This document shows positions 15,793-26,141 of a DNA stretch of 44,421 bases, one piece after another. A program made the position numbers and the translations under genes. The stretch lies in NCBI GenBank assembly GCA_006227825.1, contig SBFS01000093.1:1-44421 (forward strand), given 5' to 3'. Origin of the DNA: Burkholderiales bacterium. Its GTDB lineage: Bacteria; Pseudomonadota; Gammaproteobacteria; Burkholderiales; Burkholderiaceae_C. The stretch's first letter is position 1, and each line of letters starts with the position of its first letter. The notes beneath the pieces are model-generated. The model did not search any database. It was given only the letters and a program-made list of their open reading frames with translations, and had not been told where the DNA came from.

Positions 15793-16889
15793 CCTCCAAG
15801 GCCCGACCCAGCCCGCTGCAGCACATCCGGCAGGACATCCAGTCCATGCACGCCTACGCCATCCAGGACTCGACCGGCATGGTCAAGCTCGACGCGATGG
15901 AGAACCCGTTTCCCTTGCCGCTGGAACTGCAGAAGGCCCTGGGTGAACGCCTCGGTGCGGTGGCCATCAACCGCTATCCGGGGAGGCGCGTCGAGGACCT
16001 CAGGCAGGCGCTGGCGCGTCACGTCGACCTGCCCGAAGGCTGTGCCCTGATGCTCGGCAACGGCTCGGACGAGCTGATCTCCCTGCTGGCCATGGCCTGC
16101 GATATGCCCGGTGCCAGCATCCTGGCGCCCGTGCCCGGGTTCGTCATGTACGCCATGAGCGCCCAGTTGCAGGGCCTGACCTTTCACGGCGTGCCCCTGA
16201 CGGCCGAGTTCGAGCTCGACGCGGATGCGATGCGCGCTGCCATGCGCGAGCACCGGCCCGCCATCACCTACATCGCCTATCCCAACAACCCCACCGCCAA
16301 CCTGTGGGATGCCGACACCATCCGCGGCCTGGTCGCCGGGGCTGCCGACCATGGCGGCCTGGTGGTCGTGGACGAGGCCTACCAGCCTTTCTCCAGCCGC
16401 AGCTGGCTGGAAGAAATCCGGGCGAATCCGGCCGCCAATGCCAACGTGCTGCTGATGCGCACGCTCTCCAAGTTCGGCCTGGCCGGCGTGCGGCTGGGTT
16501 ACCTGCTCGGCCCGCAGGCACTGGTGCACGAGGTGGACAAGCTCCGCCCCCCCTACAACGTGAGCACCCTCAATGCCGAGTGCGCCCTGTTCGCACTCGA
16601 ACATGCCGACGTCTTCGCCGGGCAGGCAGCGCTGATCCGGGAGCAGCGCGCCCGCCTGGTGGAAGAGCTGGCCGCGATGCCGGGCGTGCGGCCCTTTCCC
16701 AGCGAGGCCAACATGGTGCTGGTGCGCCTTCCCGATGCCCAGCGGGCCTTCGAGGGCCTCAAGGCCAGGGGCGTGCTGGTCAAGAATGTTTCTAAAATGC
16801 ACCCATTGCTTGGCAACTGCCTGCGCCTGACGGTCGGCACCCCCGACGAGAACGCGCAGATGGTCGCCGCCCTGCGAGCCAGCCTATGA
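15789..16889 (+). CDS. hisC: Histidinol-phosphate aminotransferase
   Basis: [40 protein letters not shown]-lysine motif. Confidence 0.96.
   Translation: MTSKARPSPLQHIRQDIQSMHAYAIQDSTGMVKLDAMENPFPLPLELQKALGERLGAVAINRYPGRRVEDLRQALARHVDLPEGCALMLGNGSDELISLLAMACDMPGASILAPVPGFVMYAMSAQLQGLTFHGVPLTAEFELDADAMRAAMREHRPAITYIAYPNNPTANLWDADTIRGLVAGAADHGGLVVVDEAYQPFSSRSWLEEIRANPAANANVLLMRTLSKFGLAGVRLGYLLGPQALVHEVDKLRPPYNVSTLNAECALFALEHADVFAGQAALIREQRARLVEELAAMPGVRPFPSEANMVLVRLPDAQRAFEGLKARGVLVKNVSKMHPLLGNCLRLTVGTPDENAQMVAALRASL
16793..16798 (+). promoter_or_regulatory. Putative internal -10 (TAAAAT) in hisC driving hisB
   Basis: AT-rich codon patch AAT GTT TCT AAA ATG about 90 nt upstream of the hisB ATG. 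Confidence 0.45.
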
Positions 16890-17506
16890 CCAGCCCGACA
16901 ACCGCCGCCTGTGCCACCGACCGTGTGGCCGACGTCCAGCGACGCACCGCCGAGACGCAGATCCGTGTCCGCGTCAATCTCGACGGATCGGGTGCGGCCC
17001 GGCTGTCGACCGGCATCGGGTTTTTCGACCACATGCTCGACCAGATCGCACGCCACGGCCTCATCGACCTCGACATCGAGTGCCAGGGCGACCTTCACAT
17101 CGACGGTCACCACACGGTCGAGGATGTGGGCATCACCGTCGGACAGGCCTTCGCCCGGGCCGTCGGAGACAAGAAGGGCATCCGCCGCTACGGGCATGCC
17201 TATGTGCCGCTGGACGAGGCGCTTTCGCGCGTCGTGGTCGACTTCTCGGGCCGGCCCGGCCTGCACATGCATGTCCCGTTCACGGCCGGCATGATCGGCG
17301 CTTTCGACACCCAGCTGACCTTCGAATTCTTCCAGGGTTTCGTGAACCACGCCGGTGTCACCCTGCACATCGACAACCTCAAGGGCACCAATGCCCACCA
17401 CCAGTGCGAGACCGTGTTCAAGGCCTTTGCCCGGGCCCTGCGGATGGCTCTGGAGCGTGACCCCCGCCTGGGCGACGTGATTCCATCGACCAAGGGTTCC
17501 CTCTGA
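16886..17506 (+). CDS. hisB: Imidazoleglycerol-phosphate dehydratase (monofunctional)
   Basis: [34 protein letters not shown]. Confidence 0.97.
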   Translation: MTSPTTAACATDRVADVQRRTAETQIRVRVNLDGSGAARLSTGIGFFDHMLDQIARHGLIDLDIECQGDLHIDGHHTVEDVGITVGQAFARAVGDKKGIRRYGHAYVPLDEALSRVVVDFSGRPGLHMHVPFTAGMIGAFDTQLTFEFFQGFVNHAGVTLHIDNLKGTNAHHQCETVFKAFARALRMALERDPRLGDVIPSTKGSL

Positions 17507-17513
17507 TCGCCCG

Positions 17514-18173
17514 ATGAAACGCAAGACAGTGGCCGTGGTCGACTACGGCAGTGGCAACCTGCGCTCGGTCTCGCAGGCGGTGGTGCACGCCGCGTCCGGC
17601 ACCGACGTCGACGTGCGGGTGACTTCACGGGCGCAGGAAGTCCTCGATGCCGACCGCGTCGTTCTCCCCGGCCAGGGGCACATGGCCGACTGCATGCGGG
17701 AGCTGGCCGGGTCGGGCTTGCAGGACGCCGTCCTGCACGCGGCAGCGAACAAGCCCCTGTTCGGTGTCTGCGTCGGCATGCAGATGCAGCTCGACCGCAG
17801 CGAGGAGGGGCCGACCCGCGGGCTGGGGCTGATTCCCGGTGACGTGGTGCGGTTCCGGCTCGAAGGCCGGATGCAGCCCGATGGCAGCCGATTCAAGGTG
17901 CCCCAGATGGGATGGAACCGCGTTCACCACGAACTCGGCCGGGCCGTACACCCCCTCTGGGCCGGCATACCCGAGGGGGCCTGGTTCTATTTCGTTCACA
18001 GCTACTACGCCCGACCGGCCGATGCCGGCCACTGTGTGGGCGAAACGGATTACGGCGGACGCTTTGCATCGGCGATCGCCCGGGATAATATTTTCGCCAC
18101 CCAGTTTCATCCTGAAAAAAGCGCCGACCACGGGCTGGCGCTGTATCGCAACTTTCTCTCCTGGAACCCCTGA
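17514..18173 (+). CDS. hisH: Imidazole glycerol phosphate synthase glutaminase subunit
   Basis: [32 protein letters not shown]. Confidence 0.97.
   Translation: MKRKTVAVVDYGSGNLRSVSQAVVHAASGTDVDVRVTSRAQEVLDADRVVLPGQGHMADCMRELAGSGLQDAVLHAAANKPLFGVCVGMQMQLDRSEEGPTRGLGLIPGDVVRFRLEGRMQPDGSRFKVPQMGWNRVHHELGRAVHPLWAGIPEGAWFYFVHSYYARPADAGHCVGETDYGGRFASAIARDNIFATQFHPEKSADHGLALYRNFLSWNP
18064..18091 (+). promoter_or_regulatory. Putative internal sigma70 promoter in hisH driving hisA
   Basis: TTGCAT-N16-TAATAT (overlapping GATAAT) in an AT-rich codon patch. Confidence 0.4.
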
Positions 18174-18193
18174 AACCCCGGCGTCCGACCACC

Positions 18194-18934
18194 ATGCTGC
18201 TGATTCCCGCCATTGATCTCAAAGACGGCCAGTGCGTTCGCCTCAAGCAGGGCGACATGGACCAATCCACCGTGTTCGGCGAGGACCCCGCGGCCATGGC
18301 CCGCAACTGGGTGAACAAGGGTGCGCGCCGCCTGCACCTGGTCGACCTCAATGGCGCCTTTGCCGGCAAGCCGAAGAACGAAGCCGCCATCAAGGGGATC
18401 CTGCGGGAAGTCGGGGACGAAATCGAGGTCCAGCTGGGCGGCGGCATCCGCGACCTGGACACCATCGAGCGCTATCTCGACGCCGGTCTGCGATACGTCA
18501 TCATCGGCACGGCGGCGGTGAAGAACCCCGGCTTCCTGCAGGACGCCTGCACCGCCTTTGGCGGTCACATCATCGTTGGCCTGGATGCGAAGGACGGCAA
18601 GGTGGCCACCGACGGCTGGAGCAAGCTCACCGGCCACGAAGTGGTCGATCTGGGCCGGAAGTTCGAGGACTACGGCGTCGAATCCATCATCTACACCGAC
18701 ATCGGACGCGACGGCATGCTCAGCGGCATCAACATCGAGGCCACGGTCAGGCTGGCCCAGTCGCTTTCCATTCCGGTCATCGCATCCGGCGGCCTGTCCA
18801 ACCTGGACGATATCCGCAAGCTGTGCGCCGTCGAGGAGGAAGGCGTCGAGGGCGTGATCTGCGGCCGTTCGATCTACAGCGGCGACCTGGACTTCGAGGC
18901 GGCACAGAGGCTCGCAGACGAGCTCAACGGATGA
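18194..18934 (+). CDS. hisA: ProFAR isomerase
   Basis: [42 protein letters not shown]. Confidence 0.97.
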   Translation: MLLIPAIDLKDGQCVRLKQGDMDQSTVFGEDPAAMARNWVNKGARRLHLVDLNGAFAGKPKNEAAIKGILREVGDEIEVQLGGGIRDLDTIERYLDAGLRYVIIGTAAVKNPGFLQDACTAFGGHIIVGLDAKDGKVATDGWSKLTGHEVVDLGRKFEDYGVESIIYTDIGRDGMLSGINIEATVRLAQSLSIPVIASGGLSNLDDIRKLCAVEEEGVEGVICGRSIYSGDLDFEAAQRLADELNG

Positions 18935-19033
18935 ACGGGCTTCCCACGCTCCCCTGTTGCCCGGGACGCTGCCCTGTGGCAAGGCGCTTGGCTTCCTGCG
19001 TCGGTCCGGCCGCATAACCCATGGGCGCACCGC

Positions 19034-19813
19034 ATGCTGGCTAAACGCATCATTCCCTGCCTGGATGTCACCGGCGGCCGCGTCGTCAAGGGTGTCAACT
19101 TCGTCGAACTGCGCGACGCCGGCGACCCGGTGGAGATCGCTGCCCGCTACAACGAGCAGGGCGCGGACGAACTCACCTTCCTGGACATCACGGCCACCAG
19201 CGACGGGCGCGACCTGATCCTGCACATCATCGAGGACGTGGCTTCCCAGGTCTTCATCCCCCTGACCGTGGGGGGCGGTGTGCGCACGGTCGAGGACGTG
19301 CGCCGCCTGCTCAACGCCGGCGCCGACAAGACCAGCTTCAATTCGGCCGCCATCGCCCGACCGGAAGTGATCCGCGAGGCCTCCGACAAGTACGGGTCGC
19401 AGTGCATCGTGGTTGCCATCGACGCCAAACGCCGCCAGGGCGACGATCTCGTGGCGCGCGGACCGGGCTGGGATGTCTACAGCCACGGCGGGCGCAGGAA
19501 CACCGGCCTGGATGCACTGGCCTGGGCCCGGCAGATGGCCGGCTACGGGGCGGGCGAGATCCTGCTGACCAGCATGGACCGAGACGGCACCAAGAGCGGA
19601 TTCGACCTCGAGTTGACCCGTGCCGTGTCGGATGCGGTGGACGTGCCTGTCATCGCATCGGGGGGCGTCGGCAACCTCGACCACCTGGCCGATGGCATCC
19701 AGCAGGGCGGTGCGGACGCCGTGCTGGCCGCCAGCATCTTCCATTACGGCGAATACACCGTGGCACAGGCCAAGCAACGCATGGCCCAGCGGGGCATCCC
19801 GGTGCGGCTCTGA
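19034..19813 (+). CDS. hisF: Imidazole glycerol phosphate synthase cyclase subunit
   Basis: [40 protein letters not shown]. Confidence 0.98.
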   Translation: MLAKRIIPCLDVTGGRVVKGVNFVELRDAGDPVEIAARYNEQGADELTFLDITATSDGRDLILHIIEDVASQVFIPLTVGGGVRTVEDVRRLLNAGADKTSFNSAAIARPEVIREASDKYGSQCIVVAIDAKRRQGDDLVARGPGWDVYSHGGRRNTGLDALAWARQMAGYGAGEILLTSMDRDGTKSGFDLELTRAVSDAVDVPVIASGGVGNLDHLADGIQQGGADAVLAASIFHYGEYTVAQAKQRMAQRGIPVRL

Positions 19814-19859
19814 GCGGCGCAGGGTCAGACCCGCCGCGCCCGGTCGCAGCCGAACGCCC

Positions 19860-20357
19860 TCAGACGGCCGGGCCCCGCGGCAGGCGCTCCTGGCGTTCGA
19901 GCCGGTCTTCCATCTCCCCCAGGCTGGCGCTCAGGCTGTTGCCGGTCTGTTCGAGCAGCCGCGCCAGTTCCGCCTGCGAGCGCTCGAGCTGCTGCTGCAA
20001 CGCATCCGTGCGCGCCTGCTGGCGTTCCTCGATGCGGGCCAGTTCGACGCGCAGGTATTCCCTGAGCTCCATGTACCGCGATGTCTCGGCCTTGTCTGCC
20101 AGCTGGCGCTGGTCCGCTGCCTCCCGGCTGATGCGGCGAACCTCGATCAGGTGCGCCGTCTGGTTGAAGACCATCAGCAGCAGGAACAGCACCAGCAGCA
20201 CGCACAGCATGCCCAGCAACACCAGCCCCATGGGGGCCTGCACCTGGGCAAAGGCGAAGTTCAGCGTGGTTGGCCTGAACACCTCCTCCAGGTTCAGGGC
20301 CACGAAGGCGGCCACCAGCAAAAGGGCGACGATGAGAACGATGCTGCGGATGCTCAT
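19860..20357 (-). CDS. LapA-like (DUF1049-like) membrane protein with C-terminal coiled coil
   Basis: 165 aa from MSIRSIVLIV after a GGAG SD; TM-N-x-PTTLNF-x-APMGLVLL-TM, then a Q/E/R/L-rich helical tail; normal GC3 codon usage. Confidence 0.7.
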   Translation of the reverse strand: MSIRSIVLIVALLLVAAFVALNLEEVFRPTTLNFAFAQVQAPMGLVLLGMLCVLLVLFLLLMVFNQTAHLIEVRRISREAADQRQLADKAETSRYMELREYLRVELARIEERQQARTDALQQQLERSQAELARLLEQTGNSLSASLGEMEDRLERQERLPRGPAV

Positions 20358-20418
20358 GCAAACTCCAGGGGAGCAGGTGCCGGCCCCAGAGGGTGGCACC
20401 CGCCGGGGCAACAGGTCG

Positions 20419-20424
20419 ATCCTA
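20419..20424 (-). promoter_or_regulatory. Putative -10 (TAGGAT) of the LapA-like gene
   Basis: ATCCTA on the + strand, about 60 nt upstream of the minus-strand ATG. Confidence 0.4.
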
Positions 20425-20465
20425 ACCCGATGCGCCGGCCCGCAGCCTGCCGGTCCGCCGATCGG

Positions 20466-20474
20466 TGATAGATT
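20466..20474 (+). promoter_or_regulatory. Extended -10 (TGaTAGATT) for hisI, leaderless geometry
   Basis: 6 nt between the hexamer and the hisI ATG; no SD present. Confidence 0.55.
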
Positions 20475-20480
20475 CGGCGC

Positions 20481-20870
20481 ATGCAATGGCTTGAAAGCGT
20501 GAAATGGGACGAGCGGGGCCTGGTGCCCGTGATCGCACAGGAAGCATCGTCGGGCGACGTCCTGATGTTCGCCTGGATGAACCGCGAGGCGCTGGCGCGC
20601 ACGGCCGAACTGGGCCGGGCGGTGTACTTCAGCCGCTCGCGCGGCCGGCTGTGGTACAAGGGCGAGGAGTCCGGGCATGTGCAGGCCGTTCATGAAATCC
20701 GGCTCGACTGCGACAATGACGTCATCCTGCTGAAGGTCACCCAGCAGGGCCATGAGCCGGGCATCGCCTGCCACACCGGTCGCCACAGCTGCTTCTTCCA
20801 GCGGCTGGAGGACGGGCAGTGGCGCCCGGTGGACCCGGTACTCAAGGACCCCGGCTCGATCTACCGATGA
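20481..20870 (+). CDS. hisI: Phosphoribosyl-AMP cyclohydrolase
   Basis: [38 protein letters not shown]. Confidence 0.97.
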   Translation: MQWLESVKWDERGLVPVIAQEASSGDVLMFAWMNREALARTAELGRAVYFSRSRGRLWYKGEESGHVQAVHEIRLDCDNDVILLKVTQQGHEPGIACHTGRHSCFFQRLEDGQWRPVDPVLKDPGSIYR

Positions 20871-21268
20871 GCAACAGCATGAACGACACCGACGCCCTGG
20901 CACGACTGGCCGCCGTCATCGAGAGCCGCAAGCCGGCCAATGGCGGCGATCCTGACAAGAGTTACGTGGCCAGGCTGCTGCAGAGGGGGCCGGATGCCTT
21001 TCTCAAGAAGATCGGCGAGGAGGCCACCGAGGTGGTCATGGCCGCCAAGGATTGCGAGCGGGGCGGGGATGTGCAGAGACTGGTCGACGAGGTGGCCGAC
21101 CTCTGGTTCCACAGCATGATCGCGCTGGCCCACGCCGGACGCACCCCGGCCGACGTGGTGGCCGAGCTCATGCGCCGTGAAGGGCAGAGTGGCCTGGAGG
21201 AAAAGGCCTTGCGCAAGGCGCTGGCGCGGGAGACCTCCGGGTCGGAGAATGCCGGGCCAGGGGCATGA
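20867..21268 (+). CDS. hisE: Phosphoribosyl-ATP pyrophosphatase
   Basis: [30 protein letters not shown]; ATGA overlap with hisI. Confidence 0.96.
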   Translation: MSNSMNDTDALARLAAVIESRKPANGGDPDKSYVARLLQRGPDAFLKKIGEEATEVVMAAKDCERGGDVQRLVDEVADLWFHSMIALAHAGRTPADVVAELMRREGQSGLEEKALRKALARETSGSENAGPGA

Positions 21269-21663
21269 AGAACGACCAAGACATCGTCGATGTCCAGCCG
21301 GTCGACGAGGCGCGCGCCCGGTCGCTCAGGACCGTCGGCTGGATCAGCTACCTGCTGCACCTTGTCGTCGCCGTGGCGGCGGTCCTCCCGGGGACCCAGC
21401 CCAGCATCGCCTTGCTGGCGGTCGCCCTGGTCATCGATCTGGTCAAGCGCAGCGATGCGGCGGGGACCTGGCAGGACAGCCATTTCAGCTGGCGCATCCG
21501 CACCGTGGTCTGGGCGGCCTTCTGGTACGTGGTGACCTGGCCCCTGTGGCTCCTGCTCCTGGTTCCGGGCATGGCCGCCTGGTTCGTCATTTCCATCTGG
21601 TTCCTCTACCGCATCGTCAAGGGCATGGTTCGACTGAACGACAACCGCCCGCTGGATGCCTGA
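21265..21663 (+). CDS. Membrane protein, DUF4870-like
   Basis: Hydrophobic helices, [18 protein letters not shown]; ATGA-coupled to hisE. Confidence 0.75.
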   Translation: MKNDQDIVDVQPVDEARARSLRTVGWISYLLHLVVAVAAVLPGTQPSIALLAVALVIDLVKRSDAAGTWQDSHFSWRIRTVVWAAFWYVVTWPLWLLLLVPGMAAWFVISIWFLYRIVKGMVRLNDNRPLDA

Positions 21664-22027
21664 ACAGCCCATGCACGACCCGAACTGCATCTTCTGCAAG
21701 ATCGTCGCCGGACAGATCCCTTCCCGCAAGGTCTACGAGGACGACGATGTCTATGCGTTTCATGACATCAACCCCTGGGCGCCGGTCCATTTCCTGCTGG
21801 TGCCCAGACTTCACATCCCGTCCATGGCCCAGGTCGGCCCCGAGCACGAACGGCTGCTCGGCAAGATGCTGCTGCTGGCGCCCAGGCTGGCCCTGGAGCA
21901 GGGGTGCAGACCGTATCCGGACGGCGGTTTCCGGATTGTCTGCAACACCGGTGCCGAAGGGGGCCAGGAAGTCCACCACCTGCATGTTCACGTGATGGGT
22001 GGGCCGCGGCCCTGGAGCCGGGGCTGA
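21656..22027 (+). CDS. Histidine triad nucleotide-binding protein (HinT-like)
   Basis: CIFCKIVAGQIPS, FHDINP, GQEVHHLHVHVMGG HIT motif; start may be 21671. Confidence 0.94.
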   Translation: MPEQPMHDPNCIFCKIVAGQIPSRKVYEDDDVYAFHDINPWAPVHFLLVPRLHIPSMAQVGPEHERLLGKMLLLAPRLALEQGCRPYPDGGFRIVCNTGAEGGQEVHHLHVHVMGGPRPWSRG

Positions 22028-22080
22028 GTCGCCGGTCGGGCCAAATCCAGATAAAGTCCGCCCGAACTCCTGTGCGGGCT

Positions 22081-22086
22081 TAGAAT
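22081..22086 (+). promoter_or_regulatory. Putative -10 (TAGAAT) for tatABC
   Basis: Near-consensus hexamer in the intergenic region, 57 nt before tatA. Confidence 0.5.
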
Positions 22087-22143
22087 CTCACCAACAGGGG
22101 CCGGCAGGCGGCCGGAGTCCCTTCATCCTTTCGGAGATATCGC

Positions 22144-22383
22144 ATGGGAACGTTTTCCATCTGGCACTGGCTGATCGTGCTGCTGATCGTGGTCATGGTG
22201 TTCGGCACCAAGAAGCTCAAGAACCTTGGCTCCGACCTGGGCGGAGCCGTCAAGGGTTTCAAGGACGGCATGAAGGACGCGCAGTCCGCCGATGCGCCGG
22301 CCGATGCACCGGCGGCCAAGGTCACCCAGGAAATCAAGTCCGACAAGAGCACGATCGACGTCGAGGCCAAGCAGAAAAGCTGA
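22144..22383 (+). CDS. tatA: Twin-arginine translocase TatA
   Basis: [30 protein letters not shown]; GGAGA SD. Confidence 0.97.
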   Translation: MGTFSIWHWLIVLLIVVMVFGTKKLKNLGSDLGGAVKGFKDGMKDAQSADAPADAPAAKVTQEIKSDKSTIDVEAKQKS

Positions 22384-22480
22384 CGTCCTTGCTGGCGCCG
22401 GGCCCGCGTCGGTTGCCAGCCATCGTCCCGGCCGGCGCCCGGCGGAGCGGTTCCGGGCAGGTCTGCAGCACGGCTAGAAC

Positions 22481-22990
22481 ATGATTGATCTGGGCATTTC
22501 CAAGCTCGCCCTCATCGGGGTGGTGGCGCTGGTCGTCATCGGACCGGAGAAGCTGCCGCGCGTGGCCCGCACCGTCGGCGCCCTGCTCGGCAAGGCACAG
22601 CGCTACGTCGCCGACGTCAAGGCCGAGGTCAGCCGGTCGATCGAGCTCGAAGAGCTCAAGAAAATGAAGGAATCGGTCGAAGGCGCCGCACGGGACGTCG
22701 AGTCCTCGGTCAACAGCGCCACCACCGATTTCGAAAAATCCTGGTCGGAGGTGACCGCCGGACTGGAGTCGGCCGGCGACAGCGACGGCAGTGCCCGGAG
22801 CGCCGACGCCCTTGGTGCGATCGGCTCCCCGGCCTATCCCGAGTACAAGCACCCGCGCAAGAACTGGCGGGTCAAGCAGAAGGCCATGCCCCAGTGGTTC
22901 AAGGCCCGGGCCGGTATCCGCACCCGAACCCAGTCGGGCGCCGCGCGCGTGGCGCGCTTCCGGCCACGCCCATCGAAGGCCCCGCGCTGA
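22481..22990 (+). CDS. tatB: Twin-arginine translocase TatB
   Basis: [22 protein letters not shown]. Confidence 0.95.
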   Translation: MIDLGISKLALIGVVALVVIGPEKLPRVARTVGALLGKAQRYVADVKAEVSRSIELEELKKMKESVEGAARDVESSVNSATTDFEKSWSEVTAGLESAGDSDGSARSADALGAIGSPAYPEYKHPRKNWRVKQKAMPQWFKARAGIRTRTQSGAARVARFRPRPSKAPR

Positions 22991-23781
22991 TGTCCGAACG
23001 AGATCCCAAGGCCGACGAGCTTGCCGGCACCGAACAGCCTTTCGTGCAACATCTCATGGAGTTGCGCGACCGGATTCTCTATGGGCTGGGGGGGCTGATG
23101 GTCTGCATGGCGCTGCTGGCGATCTGGCCAGGCCCCAGCGGTCTGATCGACTTCGTGGCCCAGCCCATCCGTGCCCACATGCCCGAGGACGCCAAGCTGA
23201 TTGCGGTCGGCGTCTTCTCTCCCTTTTTCGTGCCCCTGAAGGTGCTGGCCATGGCCGCGCTTCTGATGTCGCTGCCATGGTGGATGTACCAGGTGTGGGC
23301 CTTTGTCGCACCGGGCCTGTACAGCCACGAGAAGCGGTTCGCCGTTCCGCTGATCGTTCTGGGCAGCATGCTGGCCTATGTGGGCATCGCGTTCGTGCAG
23401 TTCTTCGTGCTCGACAAGATGTTCGGTTTCATCCAGGGTTTCACGCCCGCCAGCGTGGCCGCCACACCCGATATCGCCTCCTACGTCGAGGCCATACTGT
23501 CCCTCTACCTCGCGTTCGGCCTGGCGTTCCAGGTGCCCATCGTGGTGATGCTGCTGGTGCGGCTGAACATGGTGTCGGTCCAGAAGCTCAAGGATTTCCG
23601 CGGTTACTTCATCGTGGTGGCCTTCATCATCGCGGCCATCGTCACGCCCCCGGACGTGATTTCGCAGTTGGCGCTGGCCATTCCGATGTGCCTGCTCTAC
23701 GAGCTGGGCATCTGGGGCGCGCGGTGGTTCGTGAAGGATGCCAAGCCTGAGGAAGGCGCCGCCGGCAACGAGGCATCCTGA
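22990..23781 (+). CDS. tatC: Twin-arginine translocase TatC
   Basis: HLMELRDR, YQVWAFVAPGLYSHEK, AFQVP, TPPDVISQ, LYELG. Confidence 0.96.
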   Translation: MSERDPKADELAGTEQPFVQHLMELRDRILYGLGGLMVCMALLAIWPGPSGLIDFVAQPIRAHMPEDAKLIAVGVFSPFFVPLKVLAMAALLMSLPWWMYQVWAFVAPGLYSHEKRFAVPLIVLGSMLAYVGIAFVQFFVLDKMFGFIQGFTPASVAATPDIASYVEAILSLYLAFGLAFQVPIVVMLLVRLNMVSVQKLKDFRGYFIVVAFIIAAIVTPPDVISQLALAIPMCLLYELGIWGARWFVKDAKPEEGAAGNEAS

Positions 23782-23811
23782 CCTGGCCTGACCCGAACGG
23801 CGGATGCGTCG

Positions 23812-24981
<1,170 letters not shown>

Positions 24982-25073
24982 TCAAGGAAGGCCGGCTGCG
25001 CACCGTCGCAGTCCCGACGTCATTGTCCCCCATATGGGAGCACCCCGCGGGCGCTTCAAGTCCGGCCACGGCG

Positions 25074-25087
25074 TTGATGCAGATCAA
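25074..25087. promoter_or_regulatory. FNR/ANR/DNR-type binding site
   Basis: TTGAT-GCAG-ATCAA, exact TTGAT-N4-ATCAA consensus; TGCAAT at 25110-25115 fits class II spacing. Confidence 0.75.
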
Positions 25088-25148
25088 GGCGGGCAATTGC
25101 GCGAGCAGGTGCAATTGCAGCGTCACAACAACGCCATTGGAGCGCGAG

Positions 25149-25289
25149 ATGAAAGCGATCGTGGACCTGTTCTCCACCGACTACGGCCTGTTCAGCATCG
25201 GGGTGCTTCTTTTCCTGCTGGTGATGGCGGTCTGGTTCTACCGCTTCTTCATGCGCAAGATCGCCGAATCGGAAAAGGGCAGCGGCTGA
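25149..25289 (+). CDS. Small single-pass membrane protein, DUF3149-like
   Basis: 46 aa MKAIVDLFSTDYGLFSIGVLLFLLVMAVWFYRFFMRKIAESEKGSG after a GGAG SD; LFSTDxGLxS motif, TM helix, basic stop-transfer. Confidence 0.8.
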   Translation: MKAIVDLFSTDYGLFSIGVLLFLLVMAVWFYRFFMRKIAESEKGSG

Positions 25290-25361
25290 TGCATCCTGGC
25301 GGTGGTGTCAGAATCCTGTCCGGAATCCACTGCCCGACGAGAGGGCCGATCCGTGCCCATC

Positions 25362-26141
25362 ATGCAAACGACATCCCCCCGCCCCGTGGACCGCGCGCAG
25401 TTGCTGGCGGTTCTGGACCAGTTGCTTGAACCCCAGTCCTTCCGGGACTATGGACCCAACGGCTTGCAGGTTGAGGGCAGGGCCGCCGTGCGGACCCTGG
25501 TCACCGGTGTGACCGCCAGCCTGGCCCTGATCGATGCGGCTGTCGAGGCCGGCGCCGACGCCATTCTGGTGCATCACGGCCTGTTCTGGCGCGGCCAGGA
25601 CGGCCGGGTCACGGGCTGGATGCGGCAAAGGCTGGGTCGGCTGCTGTCAAACGACATCAATCTTCTGGCCTACCACCTGCCTCTGGATGCTCACCCGCGG
25701 CTGGGCAACAACGCACAGCTCGCGCTTCGCCTGTCCGTGCGCGTGCCCGAGGCGCCTGACGGGCGCTTTGGCGACCAGTCGCTGGGTTTCATCGGCGAGC
25801 GGGAGCCCGGGACGCTCGGGCACCTGGTCCGGGACCTCCAGGCCCAGTTGGGGCGTGCCGCCGTCGTGGTGGGAGACCCCGGGCGCGAGGTGAAAAGGGT
25901 GGCGCTGTGCACCGGCGGCGCGCAGGGCTATTTCGAGGCGGCCATCGCCGCCGGGGCCGACGTGTTCATCACCGGGGAGATCTCCGAACCCCAGGCACAC
26001 TATGCGCGCGAGTCCGGTGTGGCCTACATCGCCTGCGGCCATCATGCCTCCGAGCGCTACGGTGTGGCCGCTGTGGGGGAAGAAGTGGCCCGGCAGCTGG
26101 GTCTGGTCCACCGCTTCATCGACATCGACAACCCGGCATGA
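25362..26141 (+). CDS. Nif3-like dinuclear metal centre protein (YbgI/DUF34)
   Basis: DYGPNGLQVEG, VHHGLFW, YHLPLDAHP, GNNAQL, TGEISE, GHHASE; start uncertain. Confidence 0.93.
   Translation: MQTTSPRPVDRAQLLAVLDQLLEPQSFRDYGPNGLQVEGRAAVRTLVTGVTASLALIDAAVEAGADAILVHHGLFWRGQDGRVTGWMRQRLGRLLSNDINLLAYHLPLDAHPRLGNNAQLALRLSVRVPEAPDGRFGDQSLGFIGEREPGTLGHLVRDLQAQLGRAAVVVGDPGREVKRVALCTGGAQGYFEAAIAAGADVFITGEISEPQAHYARESGVAYIACGHHASERYGVAAVGEEVARQLGLVHRFIDIDNPA

Noticed and set aside
6353-16889. Apparent long N-terminal extensions or fusions of MlaE, MlaB, HisG, HisD, HisC in the ORF track
   Set aside because: Caused by stop-free alternative frames upstream of the true ATGA-coupled starts; not fusions or frameshifts
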